Source: a virus (lineage: Duplodnaviria; Caudoviricetes). From it: a stretch of 58,906 nt of DNA. A program made the translations under genes and the position numbers. The stretch is from IMG/VR virus record IMGVR_UViG_3300027779_003675, positions 1-58,906 of that record; one strand, 5' to 3'. This document shows, piece by piece, positions 27,984 to 37,558 of the stretch. The first letter of the stretch is position 1, and each line of letters starts with the position of its first letter. The notes beneath the pieces are model-generated. The model made no database searches and was not told the DNA's origin. It worked only from the letters and a program-made list of their open reading frames with translations.

Positions 27984-28822
27984 TTTAATAGGTATTCTAA
28001 ATTTCCCTCTGGTTTGTTAAAATCTTTTGATCTTTTTTCGTACCTTGCGTTTGACTCACTTGCGTCTACGCCGTGAACTTCTCTGGCGAGGCAAATTATC
28101 GAATCTTTACTTCCTCCGTGTCTAGCTGGGTAAAGTTTTTTAACTTTTAAGCCTTTTGCTTCTATGATTTTTCTAAGCTGTCCGTGGTTGCAGTCGTAAT
28201 CTGAGGCAAAGTGGTTTCCTTTCTTGCTGCAGATTAGACTAAAGAGCCCTTCTTTGTTTCCGAAAAGTTTCTTAGCGTTTTCTGAGCTAGACAATGTGTA
28301 CAAATCGGAAAACCCCATGTCTCTCTCAACTGGAGGAGAGGAAGTTAAATAAACGTATTGAGGGCTGAAGTTGTCGAACGTGAACTTTTTATTATAATGA
28401 AGATCAAACCTTACCAGCATACATAAGTCGTAATTGAAGTTGTTCGCTTTTTCGTGTTCTTCCATTAGCCCTATAGCTTTTTCTGCCGAATACCATTTGC
28501 TGTACATGTTATGGAACCTAAGGCCTCTGTGTATAGATTTGTTATTTATGGGCCTTGCTCCCGCAAACTCTTCGTGGCCTACGGTGTATCGGTTTTTGAA
28601 TATTATTTGTTTTTCAAAAATCTTTGAGATTGGTTGGTATAGTGAAGTTATTTCTTCTTCTTTATCGCATGACCAAGAATGCATAAATACGCCTACCTCT
28701 TTGTTTGGTTCTAGTATATTTTCTTTGAAGTTGGCGTGCATTTTGCCCTGTTCAAGCTGTTCGCCAAAGCCATACCTTTCCATTGATCCGGAGAGTCCGT
28801 GAAATACTATTGCTGTTTTCAT
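27980..28822 (-). CDS. Putative glycosyltransferase-like protein
   Basis: VFMHSW, YDLCMLVRFD, FSD motifs; located in the glycan island. Confidence 0.55.
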   Translation of the reverse strand: MKTAIVFHGLSGSMERYGFGEQLEQGKMHANFKENILEPNKEVGVFMHSWSCDKEEEITSLYQPISKIFEKQIIFKNRYTVGHEEFAGARPINNKSIHRGLRFHNMYSKWYSAEKAIGLMEEHEKANNFNYDLCMLVRFDLHYNKKFTFDNFSPQYVYLTSSPPVERDMGFSDLYTLSSSENAKKLFGNKEGLFSLICSKKGNHFASDYDCNHGQLRKIIEAKGLKVKKLYPARHGGSKDSIICLAREVHGVDASESNARYEKRSKDFNKPEGNLEYLLK

Positions 28823-29466
28823 TCTCCTAAAAAGTTTTGCGCTTCGTCCCCTTCGTCTCCTTGTATGCTGTGGACCCCGTACTGGCCTATATGATCCGCG
28901 TAACTGTCTTTAGTACAAAGCATTTTAAGGTTTTGTTCTTTTGCTATTTTGGTAAAGGTCCAGTCCCAAGAAGGTTGATTAGAGGGTATTTGATTAAAAA
29001 GGTCTCTGCTGATGGCAAGCGCAAAGCCTCCCAAAGATTCTTTCTCTACTAAGTGTTCGTTGTAGTCTCCTATCTCTGGGTGACTGGGGGTGTTAAAGGT
29101 TGATACTCCGGCTAACTTTTCTTTAATTTCTAGAGTTCTTTTCTTGAGGTTGTTATACCATTCGGGGTTGTAAATGGCGTCGCTATCAGTGGTTATAACA
29201 TAGTCGTCGTCTGTGTTGTCGAACGCTGTCTTGATAGACAAAAGCATGTTGGGGTCGCAGCCTATATTTTTTTTGTTATAGTTTATATTTACATTAAGGT
29301 TCTCCTTATGTCCTAGGGACTCCAAAAGCTTCTTTATCCTGATGTCTTCACTAGCGTCATCAAAAATAAATAAATTAGTGGGTTCATTAAAGTTTGTATT
29401 AAAAAGCGACTTTATAGACCTAAGCAGATACGAGTACCTGTTGTAACATGTCATTCCAATATTCAT
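28819..29466 (-). CDS. GT2 glycosyltransferase
   Basis: CYNR..L, IFDDAS, TDSD, WD, HIG. Confidence 0.85.
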   Translation of the reverse strand: MNIGMTCYNRYSYLLRSIKSLFNTNFNEPTNLFIFDDASEDIRIKKLLESLGHKENLNVNINYNKKNIGCDPNMLLSIKTAFDNTDDDYVITTDSDAIYNPEWYNNLKKRTLEIKEKLAGVSTFNTPSHPEIGDYNEHLVEKESLGGFALAISRDLFNQIPSNQPSWDWTFTKIAKEQNLKMLCTKDSYADHIGQYGVHSIQGDEGDEAQNFLGE

Positions 29467-30002
29467 TAGCTTGGGAGAACCTTGATTAACTGGTCGTTTA
29501 CTCTGGCTATACCCTCAGGGGGGGCTGACCCTTTAAATTTTAGTTTTATATTGGCTTTGTTTTTATGGTGGTTTTCCGAGCCTATTCTAGCGCTTACTTT
29601 CTCTCCGTTAGCTTCGTCGTTTGAGAACTCTCCTATATCAACGTCAAACTCCATCTCCAGTTCTGATATTGACAAATGCTGACTGGGGGCAAGGGTTAAT
29701 AGGGGAATGTCAGTTTCAGCTTCTCCTCCCTCGTTGGTTGGAAGTTTAATTCTATAGCATTTTGGAGTTCCGTCTTCGTCGAAGTACGTCCTCATAACGT
29801 GAGCCATATGCTCCGTTTCGACTCTTCTTTGAGCGAATGAAACAGAGTTGTATAAAGCCCTTATCAGCTCATCGAAAGACTTGTTCGGAGCGGGGTTGTC
29901 CGTCGGCCCTTCCTTTACTTTTACCTCTGCCGCTGGGGCTGCCGCTGGAGCTTTATCCTCTGGGGGAGGGTCTTTCGGAATATAGTAGTTAGTGAGTCCC
30001 AT
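29466..30002 (-). CDS. DUF2589 family protein (second of pair; ATG at 30002 preferred)
   Basis: AQ..YFD, DIPLLTL, LSISELEMEF, PPEGIARV. Confidence 0.75.
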   Translation of the reverse strand: MGLTNYYIPKDPPPEDKAPAAAPAAEVKVKEGPTDNPAPNKSFDELIRALYNSVSFAQRRVETEHMAHVMRTYFDEDGTPKCYRIKLPTNEGGEAETDIPLLTLAPSQHLSISELEMEFDVDIGEFSNDEANGEKVSARIGSENHHKNKANIKLKFKGSAPPEGIARVNDQLIKVLPS

Positions 30003-30038
30003 AAAAAAAGAAAACCTCACTAAATAATAGAGAGGTTT
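30003..30038 (-). terminator. Intrinsic terminator between the DUF2589 genes
   Basis: AAACCTC-CTA/TAG-GAGGTTT hairpin followed by a T-run on the - strand. Confidence 0.6.
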
Positions 30039-30064
30039 ACTTGATTTTTAAAATGTTTTTAAGG

Positions 30065-30718
30065 CTACTTGGTCGGCTGTGGTGCTATGGCGTTGCCAAG
30101 AATATCCAAAACCTTCATTAATCCTTCGGGTGCTCCGTCGTCCCTCGCTTCAACGTGTACCGTGTATCTGGCTGAGTTGTCCGTCTTTCTTGTGTTTGAG
30201 CTCTTGCTGGCAACTGAAGCTGATAGGTTGGCTTTTACTGGGGACCACCAAGCGCTGTAGCTTACTCCCAGCTTCGTGCTGGTGTCTAGCGAGCTTGAGG
30301 AGGCAGTACTCGTCTTGACTGTCATGTCGAAGTCGATAGTGACGTTCTTGACGCCTAGGGATGGAGTGTTAACTATAGAAAGAAGGGGCACCTTTAGGTT
30401 TCTTTTTTCTATGTCATGGACGATATAGGTCCCTGTAGTGGGTGGGCTTCCTGCTCCTGCGTAAACTGCGTTTGCACCGGTTGCCGGTATACCGGCAATG
30501 GTTGGGTCCAGTGTGGCTTCTTTCTCTACAGGAACGTCGTAGTTAAAGTCAACGGTTCTGGCTACTAACTTTGTGCCGACCTTTTGAAGGCCAATGTCTT
30601 CAATGAACTTTGTTGTAGTGTTCGCGAGTTGACCCTGCGCCTTCGCTGCCGCCATAAGAGGCTCGCCTATAAGCGAGTCCATGGGGAGCCCTTTGAATTG
30701 ATCTGCTATTCTAGCCAT
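30065..30718 (-). CDS. DUF2589 family protein
   Basis: QFKGLPMDSLIGEPL.AAAKAQ..LA, KVPLLSIV.P.L, DNSARY.V, PEGL.KVLDIL. Confidence 0.82.
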   Translation of the reverse strand: MARIADQFKGLPMDSLIGEPLMAAAKAQGQLANTTTKFIEDIGLQKVGTKLVARTVDFNYDVPVEKEATLDPTIAGIPATGANAVYAGAGSPPTTGTYIVHDIEKRNLKVPLLSIVNTPSLGVKNVTIDFDMTVKTSTASSSSLDTSTKLGVSYSAWWSPVKANLSASVASKSSNTRKTDNSARYTVHVEARDDGAPEGLMKVLDILGNAIAPQPTK

Positions 30719-30731
30719 GATACTTTTCTTT

Positions 30732-31505
30732 CTAAATCATATGTAGTTTCTGCTTAGCTTGCGCTATCATCCATCTATCTTTCTTATCTAGGTGTGACCG
30801 CATGTGGTCGTCGATCTGCTTCAACATCTCTGGTTTTTCCCCCATATGTTGGTCTCTAACCTTTTGTATTCCTTGTACAACCTTGAGTAAAGTGGAGCTA
30901 GCGCCTTTGGATGGTATAGCAAAGGGTGCAACGGCGGTAAGCACCTTAAGAGCGATCCCTAAAACTACTAAAAATATAACTACGCCAACTATCCAGTAAA
31001 CCTTGCCCATTAGGCTGGCGTATTTAGTGGCTTGAATAGCGTTGTCTTCATTGACCGCTTTTAGTTTTTGGTTGGCGGTTCCTAGCTGATCGTTGAGCAT
31101 TCTATTTTGGTTTTGGAAGGCTATAAGCTTCTTATCCATTGTCATTAGCTCAGCTTGCCCTTCCTCTACTACCTTAGGGTCGTGAGACAAAAGCTTATTT
31201 ATCATTTGGTCAGATTTTACAGCGTTTTCCATTTGGGGTGGGCCTAGGGCTGTCAGGCTTCTGGTGGTCATTTGTTTGGCCACCTGAGAGTGTTGGGAGG
31301 GTTTCGGGTCTTTTTGCAGTGACTGGTCAGCTGCATATACAAATGTCCTGCCGGATTCTATTTGCTTATCTTTGTTTACGTCGACTTCTGACCTTATATT
31401 GTCGACTACCTTTTGCTGTTTGTTGAATTTACCAAGAGGGGTTGAGCACCCCACTATAATGAGCATCATAATTGCAGATACATAGCAAACATCTTTGATA
31501 TTCAT
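30732..31505 (-). CDS. Lipoprotein with coiled coil and C-terminal TM helix
   Basis: IIVG-C lipobox-like site; coiled coil; VYWIVGVVIFLVVLGIAL TM segment. Confidence 0.65.
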   Translation of the reverse strand: MNIKDVCYVSAIMMLIIVGCSTPLGKFNKQQKVVDNIRSEVDVNKDKQIESGRTFVYAADQSLQKDPKPSQHSQVAKQMTTRSLTALGPPQMENAVKSDQMINKLLSHDPKVVEEGQAELMTMDKKLIAFQNQNRMLNDQLGTANQKLKAVNEDNAIQATKYASLMGKVYWIVGVVIFLVVLGIALKVLTAVAPFAIPSKGASSTLLKVVQGIQKVRDQHMGEKPEMLKQIDDHMRSHLDKKDRWMIAQAKQKLHMI

Positions 31506-31541
31506 TTTATCATTATACTAACCAGCCGTTAGAATTTACAG

Positions 31542-31865
31542 TTAAATTACGTAATAATTAATAGTTACGTAGGAGTTAGCGCTGGCGGAGACCTGAAGCC
31601 AAAACCCTTCTGTTAAATGTATAGGTTGAGAAAAGTGAGCCTGTTCTGATCTATCGCTAGCTGTAGCCATCACCCAGCGAATATTTTCTGACGAGCCGTT
31701 ATACTCTTTAAATTGCTGAAGAGCCGACCCTTGGTTCGAGCCTACTAAGACGTCGGTTATAACCATGACTTCCCCAGCAGCAACGGTTTCCGTTACGTTT
31801 GTCCAAGCGTTAGACGAAAGGGGTGTGTATTTTGAGTCTTGTCTTCGTATGGCTGCGCTGTTCAT
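31542..31865 (-). CDS. Hypothetical beta-rich protein
   Basis: 107 aa; preceded by a GTGTAAT motif. Confidence 0.65.
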   Translation of the reverse strand: MNSAAIRRQDSKYTPLSSNAWTNVTETVAAGEVMVITDVLVGSNQGSALQQFKEYNGSSENIRWVMATASDRSEQAHFSQPIHLTEGFWLQVSASANSYVTINYYVI

Positions 31866-31876
31866 TACAGCATGAA

Positions 31877-32623
31877 TTACACGTAAAAGCTCTCGTATTG
31901 CTGCTTTAGATTGCCAGAAAAATTAATATACCCCCTGTGATTTAGGGTTATATCTGGAATAGCGTGTATTTTACCGCCTAAAGATCTCCATAATTGGCAG
32001 AACCCGTAGTCTTCGCTCTCGTATTTTTTTGTTTTTGGGTTTATTCTGCACTGAAAGAAATCGTAGAAGTTGTCGCCTGCTCCCATGTAGCCATCTATGT
32101 CGTTTTGATATTTTAAATCAGGGCGCTCTTTTATTATCTTTTCGAAGCACTCTCTTTTTATAAGCATGAACCCTGTTGCGGCGTACTCGACCTCTACGGA
32201 TTCGTCCTTCATCTTGCTGAGATCTAATTCTGAAGAAAAGTCTGTTGCTAGATTTCTCCAAATAGGAGGAAGTTCGCTGTACTTTTTAAATATAGTCTTG
32301 AGTTTGTTGTCGCTTATATATTTTTTGGGATACAGTCCGACAGCTACGTCTTTATCTAGATCTAGTAGTCTGAAGAAATCCTTAGGGTCAAAGGATACGT
32401 CGGTATCCACGAACATTAAATGAGTGTAGTCTCCCCCTAAGGTATATGCAGCGGATGCGTTTCTTCCCCTGCTAATTAGGCTCTCAAACCCTATAACTAT
32501 AGATGACGCTAAGGTTTTCTTTTGCCCCATCGCTAGAAAGAGGGAAGACATGCTCATCATGAAGTCAGCATGAACAACTCCACCGTAGGCAATTATAGGA
32601 AAGAATACTTTTGGGGTTTTCAC
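31877..32623 (-). CDS. GT-A fold glycosyltransferase-like phage protein
   Basis: ESLISRGRN, THLMFVDTD, ATGFMLIKR, SEDYGFC..WR..GG. Confidence 0.8.
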   Translation of the reverse strand: MKTPKVFFPIIAYGGVVHADFMMSMSSLFLAMGQKKTLASSIVIGFESLISRGRNASAAYTLGGDYTHLMFVDTDVSFDPKDFFRLLDLDKDVAVGLYPKKYISDNKLKTIFKKYSELPPIWRNLATDFSSELDLSKMKDESVEVEYAATGFMLIKRECFEKIIKERPDLKYQNDIDGYMGAGDNFYDFFQCRINPKTKKYESEDYGFCQLWRSLGGKIHAIPDITLNHRGYINFSGNLKQQYESFYV

Positions 32624-34560
32624 TTAATTGGACAAGCTCCACCTTCGCACTCCAAGCCTTCCAAGGTCATGCCGTTTCCTACTTCGACCGAGGAAACTTT
32701 CTTTATTCCTGTCGTTAGTTTTTTATATGTCGCCTCGTCTATTTCCTCATACGGCGCTTGAGCGAAGCCGTGTTCTTGGTGAAGTAGAAATGAAACGCTT
32801 TTAATGCTGTTCTTGTAATTTTTTCGAAGCCATTCTTTTATTTCTACTAGCTCTTCTTTTTTATAGTAGACCGTGCAGGATACGGCATTGTCTGACCATT
32901 CGCTTTGAATTCGCTTCACTAGCTCAAGTTGGTCAACAGCAGTCATGTCTTTTGCTAGTTTGGCGTTTTCTCCAGACTCGCAAGGAAACTCCACTACAAC
33001 TGTATCTCTGTTTAGGGTTCCGTCAAAGTTCTTCACGAATTCAACATGGTATCCTTTACTTTTACAGGTTTCGACTAAAGCGTCCTGACTCGACATTCTG
33101 ACACGACGAATATAATACTGGGAGTAGGCTGGGTGAACTCCCGGCGTCGCTCCTGCGAGTAGGCTTAATGTTCCGCTGGGTTTAACCGTAGTAAGTTTGA
33201 TGCTTTCTGGCCAACCCCTCTTCTTGCTCCACTCTTTGTCGAACTCTTTAAGAGCCTTATAACATCCGTCTAGCCATGCTAGCTTCTTGTTATGCAGTCC
33301 TTGGCAAATGCCAGTTACCCCTTGACCTATTCTAAAGTTCTTATGAACAATTTTATTGGTATCTTCGTGAAGGAAAGGGAGTGCACATATAGCTTTTTGA
33401 GTTTTGTATAAAAGCTTAGAACATTCTATAAGTTCTTGCTTTGATTCTATATTGTTTAAGTATAGCTCTGAAAGGTTGCAGCATTCCTTGTCTGCTAGTG
33501 AAATTTCTCCGCAGGGATTTGTTCCTTCGCAGTTTTCTCTAGCCTTCTCTCCTGTCCTTCCGAATTTAGAACTCAGGTTAAGATTGAAAAATCCATAGGG
33601 TTCACCGTTGCCAGCGTATCCGTCCCAAACACCTTCCGCTATGTGGTCGTAGCTATCACAATAGATAGTATTATTGCTCATGGCTCTCCAGTTCGGGATG
33701 TTGCCCAAGTCCCATCTTTTAGCTTTTATATATAGGTAGTCGTCTGGATCACCTAGGGCAATTTCTGCAGATCGTCTAACGTTCCCAGCGACAACAACAG
33801 AACCAATGATGTTGGCAATATCTAAAACATCAATGCTCCGAAGCTTCTTGCCTTCACGTTCCTTAACGACTCCCACGATTTTCTCTATTCCGTCTACTAA
33901 GATTTCTGGCCCACTCGCTGTTCCCCCAAAACCCCCAATAGGTTTGCCCGCGCTTCTAACAAGAACGGTTGAATAATTGAAGGATTTTCCGGTTATAAAA
34001 AGGGCGTCTAGAACCTTGCTTAATAGCCTAACCCACCCTTCTCTACTATCCGAAACAATAAAGTCTGCATCATTGGTGTTTTTAACCGTGATTTCTACGT
34101 CTCTTTTGACCCTAGGTAGTTCGTGGATGTCTTCTCGCCTGATAGAGTAGCCTACGCCGCCACCCAACATCAGGTTCTCAAAAATAAAGCAGAAGTCGTC
34201 GGGTTTTTTAATAGCCGTAAACCAGCAGTTAAGTAGACTGTTGCCTCCGAACCTGTCTACGGTAGACGTTCCCAGTTGCCAGAGTCCTCGTCCTGCAAAA
34301 TTACATTTAAGGTTGAAGACTAAGTCGAAAAGCTTTTCGGCTTCCCTCTTTGTGTATTCCGCTCCTATTTTTTGAGCACCTTTAATACATCTAGCTATAG
34401 TATCGGGCCACTCCTCAAGAAGGCCGTCTTCCTTTACCCTAGAATAGGTTCTTTTATAAACTATGTACCCAAGCCCATTAAATCCCCATTTGGGCTGCTT
34501 GTTTTTGTATTTTTTGAGGAAGTCTGCAGATAGTATTTCCGCGTCAACTTTCTTAGTCAT
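32620..34560 (-). CDS. nrdJ: Class II (adenosylcobalamin) ribonucleotide reductase
   Basis: YKRTYSR, LNC, GNVRRSA, TNPCGEI, CNL, TVKPSGT, C-terminal CEGGACPIK. Confidence 0.93.
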   Translation of the reverse strand: MTKKVDAEILSADFLKKYKNKQPKWGFNGLGYIVYKRTYSRVKEDGLLEEWPDTIARCIKGAQKIGAEYTKREAEKLFDLVFNLKCNFAGRGLWQLGTSTVDRFGGNSLLNCWFTAIKKPDDFCFIFENLMLGGGVGYSIRREDIHELPRVKRDVEITVKNTNDADFIVSDSREGWVRLLSKVLDALFITGKSFNYSTVLVRSAGKPIGGFGGTASGPEILVDGIEKIVGVVKEREGKKLRSIDVLDIANIIGSVVVAGNVRRSAEIALGDPDDYLYIKAKRWDLGNIPNWRAMSNNTIYCDSYDHIAEGVWDGYAGNGEPYGFFNLNLSSKFGRTGEKARENCEGTNPCGEISLADKECCNLSELYLNNIESKQELIECSKLLYKTQKAICALPFLHEDTNKIVHKNFRIGQGVTGICQGLHNKKLAWLDGCYKALKEFDKEWSKKRGWPESIKLTTVKPSGTLSLLAGATPGVHPAYSQYYIRRVRMSSQDALVETCKSKGYHVEFVKNFDGTLNRDTVVVEFPCESGENAKLAKDMTAVDQLELVKRIQSEWSDNAVSCTVYYKKEELVEIKEWLRKNYKNSIKSVSFLLHQEHGFAQAPYEEIDEATYKKLTTGIKKVSSVEVGNGMTLEGLECEGGACPIK

Positions 34561-34575
34561 TTTTTTCGTTTGATT

Positions 34576-34920
34576 TTATAGTTTTTCGGTTGGGTGAGGT
34601 AATCCTTTTCTCTCGTCGGAATATTTTTTTAAATACTTTTCTTTCACTTCGTCTTTTCCAAAAATTTCTTTACGTTTGGCGCTCGCCTCTCTGGAAGCGT
34701 TCCATAGGTCTCCCATGGTGCCTTTTTTATTTTTAGTTTTATCGATGAAGTCTTTTTGGCAGGTGGCGTCTATTCTGGTGTCGACGGACGCGTTTGGGAT
34801 AGTGAAGACTCTATTGAATCTTTTCCCTTTTTCTTCGTACTCGTGGTCGTCGTTAACTTTTTGAAAAATGCTTTTAACCTCTCCCGTGTCTGGGTCTTCG
34901 TATAGATATTCTGGTGGCAT
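34576..34920 (-). CDS. FmdB-like small phage protein (Cys-less)
   Basis: MP.Y.Y...TGE N-terminus. Confidence 0.55.
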   Translation of the reverse strand: MPPEYLYEDPDTGEVKSIFQKVNDDHEYEEKGKRFNRVFTIPNASVDTRIDATCQKDFIDKTKNKKGTMGDLWNASREASAKRKEIFGKDEVKEKYLKKYSDERKGLPHPTEKL

Positions 34921-34968
34921 ACGTTTATATTACAGTAAAAATCATTCTTTTCATAAATAAAAAAACAT

Positions 34969-36051
34969 TTACACCAAGTTTAACAGCTTGTCCACCGTGT
35001 TTGCGTATGTAAATTCCTTTTGAAGGGCGAGGCCTTCGACGTTTACGGTATTCTTCCTTACTCTTTTAACCGCTTCTTCGCATCCTTCTATGAACTCTCC
35101 TTCGCTAAAAGTATAGATATTCCCTTGGTTGAACGCTGCCCCCTTTTGAAAGAACGTTCCGTCTTCTGCGGGCCACTTTCCGCATGGGTGAACCTGTACT
35201 GAATTTTTTTCATTAGCCCAACCCTTATAAGCGGAGGCATTTAAGATTACGGAGTGTTTACCTAAGGCAACGGAGTGGAATTCTGGCAGTCCCCATCCTT
35301 CCCCTCCTGACATGCCTATAATTACATTTGCTGAATTTAAGAAGTCGTTGTATTGAACGTTTGTATCAAAGAAATCGAAGAACTGTATATTATAGTACTC
35401 TTTACCCTCTAAGACGTTTCTGCGGACTTTGAGATTGTCCTCCTCACTAAAAAATGGGTTATGTATAGCGCATTGAAGAAAGTAGTCAGAGTTGTTTCCG
35501 TATTTTTCAGCCCAAGCTTTTATTATCCTAGCGTGATGTTTTCTTTTCTCAAATTTACCCACGACGTTAAAAGTTATTCTGTCTGGGAAATACTCTCTGT
35601 CTGTTTTGCCAAAGTTCCACTTGTCGAAACCTAAGGGGACGTACTCGCTTTCTACTCCAGCTTCCGCGAATACCTCTTTGCTATACTCGGACGTAAAGAC
35701 GGTTTTGTTGTTTCTGGCTATGTTAACTTCGTAAGGTGTGGGGGAGTCTAATTCATAAAAGGTGACAAGAATTTGTTTTTCGCTGCAGGACTCTAAAGAC
35801 CCCGTGAGGTGCCAAAGTTTAATTATCGGGGTTTTTCTGTCGTGACTAGTATGAGCTTTACTTCTAAGTTCCTTTACCCACAAGGCGAAGTCTTTTGTGA
35901 CTTGAGCTTGAGTAGATATCTCAACCTTTTCCCCTATAGTAAAAAGGCAAGGTGACAGCTTCCTCTCGTATAGTTCCCTTAGTATACAAAAAGATACCTG
36001 TCCGAAACTAACGGAATTTAGTGGTAGGTGTAGTGCGAAATCGTTTGGCAT
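34969..36051 (-). CDS. GT4 glycosyltransferase
   Basis: VPLGFD, VGKFEKRK, SGGEGWGLP. Confidence 0.82.
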   Translation of the reverse strand: MPNDFALHLPLNSVSFGQVSFCILRELYERKLSPCLFTIGEKVEISTQAQVTKDFALWVKELRSKAHTSHDRKTPIIKLWHLTGSLESCSEKQILVTFYELDSPTPYEVNIARNNKTVFTSEYSKEVFAEAGVESEYVPLGFDKWNFGKTDREYFPDRITFNVVGKFEKRKHHARIIKAWAEKYGNNSDYFLQCAIHNPFFSEEDNLKVRRNVLEGKEYYNIQFFDFFDTNVQYNDFLNSANVIIGMSGGEGWGLPEFHSVALGKHSVILNASAYKGWANEKNSVQVHPCGKWPAEDGTFFQKGAAFNQGNIYTFSEGEFIEGCEEAVKRVRKNTVNVEGLALQKEFTYANTVDKLLNLV

Positions 36052-36054
36052 GAC

Positions 36055-36090
36055 AAAAATGGGACGCTAGGTTTTTGGCCTAACGCCCCA
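36055..36090 (-). terminator. Intrinsic terminator
   Basis: TGGGGCGTTAGG-loop-CCTAGCGTCCCA-TTTTT on the - strand. Confidence 0.7.
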
Positions 36091-36113
36091 GTGTTGAAGC
36101 AATCTAATCCAAA

Positions 36114-36413
36114 TCAGATAAGCTCTTCTGCAAGCTCCGGTTCAGCAGTTCTTGGAGCCGCCTGCTGCGAAGTAGCCCCTTCCTCGTCCTTGTCCTTGGA
36201 GAGGTAGACGTGGAAATCGGGAGCCTTCTCGTTCTCTTCCTTAAACTTGTTAGGGAAGACGACCAGCTTGACTCTTCGCTTCGCTCCTGTCTCTTCATCT
36301 TCCATGGTAATATGGCCAGAAAGATATGTTTGTCCTGTGGTGCGCCCCTTATTTTTCCAGAAAGCTCCAACTTCCCTAGACGACCATTCGGTGTTCGTTT
36401 TTGTATTACTCAT
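36114..36413 (-). CDS. DUF736-like small nucleic-acid-binding protein
   Basis: VGAFW..YLSG.I, F.N.FK...APDF.VY; acidic tail. Confidence 0.65.
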   Translation of the reverse strand: MSNTKTNTEWSSREVGAFWKNKGRTTGQTYLSGHITMEDEETGAKRRVKLVVFPNKFKEENEKAPDFHVYLSKDKDEEGATSQQAAPRTAEPELAEELI

Positions 36414-36483
36414 GTAACTATCCCTAAAGGAGACTCAACTATAGCACGTTTTGTTTTCAATGCAAGCTTTTTTTTCATGTTTT

Positions 36484-37095
36484 TTATATTAAGTCCGAAG
36501 ATTCTTGGTTTTCCAGCTTGTTCTTTAATATTTTGCGCCCTTTTTCATGTAAATTAATTGCGGTTTGAGTACTGATATTTAGTTTTTTTGCTACTTTTTG
36601 CCAAGTTAACTTCTTTTCTCCTGAAAAATATCTTAGGTCAAACACCTTGCTTATTCTTTTATCTTTTAGTTTATTTAGTATATTGAACACGTATTCTCCA
36701 GTATCTTTAAGTTCTCTTGGGTCCCCTTGGCCTCTTTCCTCCGATTCTTTATCTATGAAATGCCTCAGCTTGTCGTCGTCTAAAAGAACGACGTTTTTTC
36801 TTTTATTTATAGCGTTTAAGCACTGATATTTGGTAAAGTTGCCTAGCCAAGTAGAGAATTTAACATTCCTGTCTGGATCAAACGAGGTAGCCGCTCTATA
36901 TACAAAATAATCTTTTTGATCTATCAAATCTTGTAGCTCGGCCCCAAGGTTCGACAAAACGTGAGAGTACTTGTTGCACATATCATAACAGACAGCCGAG
37001 TACATTCTCGAAAGCTCAATAAGTGATTCGTTACAGTTTTTTCCTTTAATTCGGTTAATTAAAGCAATGTCTTCTTTTGTTTTGACTGTTCTCAT
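36484..37095 (-). CDS. Phage RNA polymerase sigma-70 family factor
   Basis: Region 2 AATSFDPDRNVKFSTW; region 4 HTH LRY..LTWQKVAKKLNIS. Confidence 0.85.
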   Translation of the reverse strand: MRTVKTKEDIALINRIKGKNCNESLIELSRMYSAVCYDMCNKYSHVLSNLGAELQDLIDQKDYFVYRAATSFDPDRNVKFSTWLGNFTKYQCLNAINKRKNVVLLDDDKLRHFIDKESEERGQGDPRELKDTGEYVFNILNKLKDKRISKVFDLRYFSGEKKLTWQKVAKKLNISTQTAINLHEKGRKILKNKLENQESSDLI

Positions 37096-37106
37096 GTCAG
37101 GGGGGT

Positions 37107-37135
37107 ATTCTATACTTTTTGAGGATATTAGTCAA
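37107..37135 (-). promoter_or_regulatory. sigma70-like promoter of the sigma factor gene
   Basis: TTGACT-N17-TAGAAT. Confidence 0.75.
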
Positions 37136-37558
37136 GCACGTGGGGGCTTAGCTGCTTAGGCTTCGAGGGAGTAGACTATCAGCTTTGAATTTCCATGAGC
37201 TAAATAGGAAATAGCCTGTCCTCTCCGAAAACGACCCCGTTTTAGAGAAAAACTACCCAAATACCTGCTTCAGTCCTGCGCATTGGCCTGTGTCAGCCTA
37301 GCTCGCAACCATTTGGTGCTATGTATATGTCCTTGGTAGAGGCGGTAGGACTTTTCTTTTTGACTATCAGCTTTCCCTTGAGAAAATGAGGGTTCTAGCC
37401 TTTTAAACCAATCTATGAAGCCGCGCTTCCCCGAAATAACTCTAGGCTGTTAACCTATTTGATTGGCGTCTTTTTACGGGCCTGAGGTCTCTAACGTGTT
37501 TTGTGCCGGATTTCCGACGCGCTGTTATACCGCTTAACAAAGAACAAAAAGGAACTTA

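Noticed and set aside
37141-37558. tmRNA
   Set aside because: The GGGGGC..GGCTTCGA start is suggestive, but no T-arm or CCA acceptor end was found at a suitable distance
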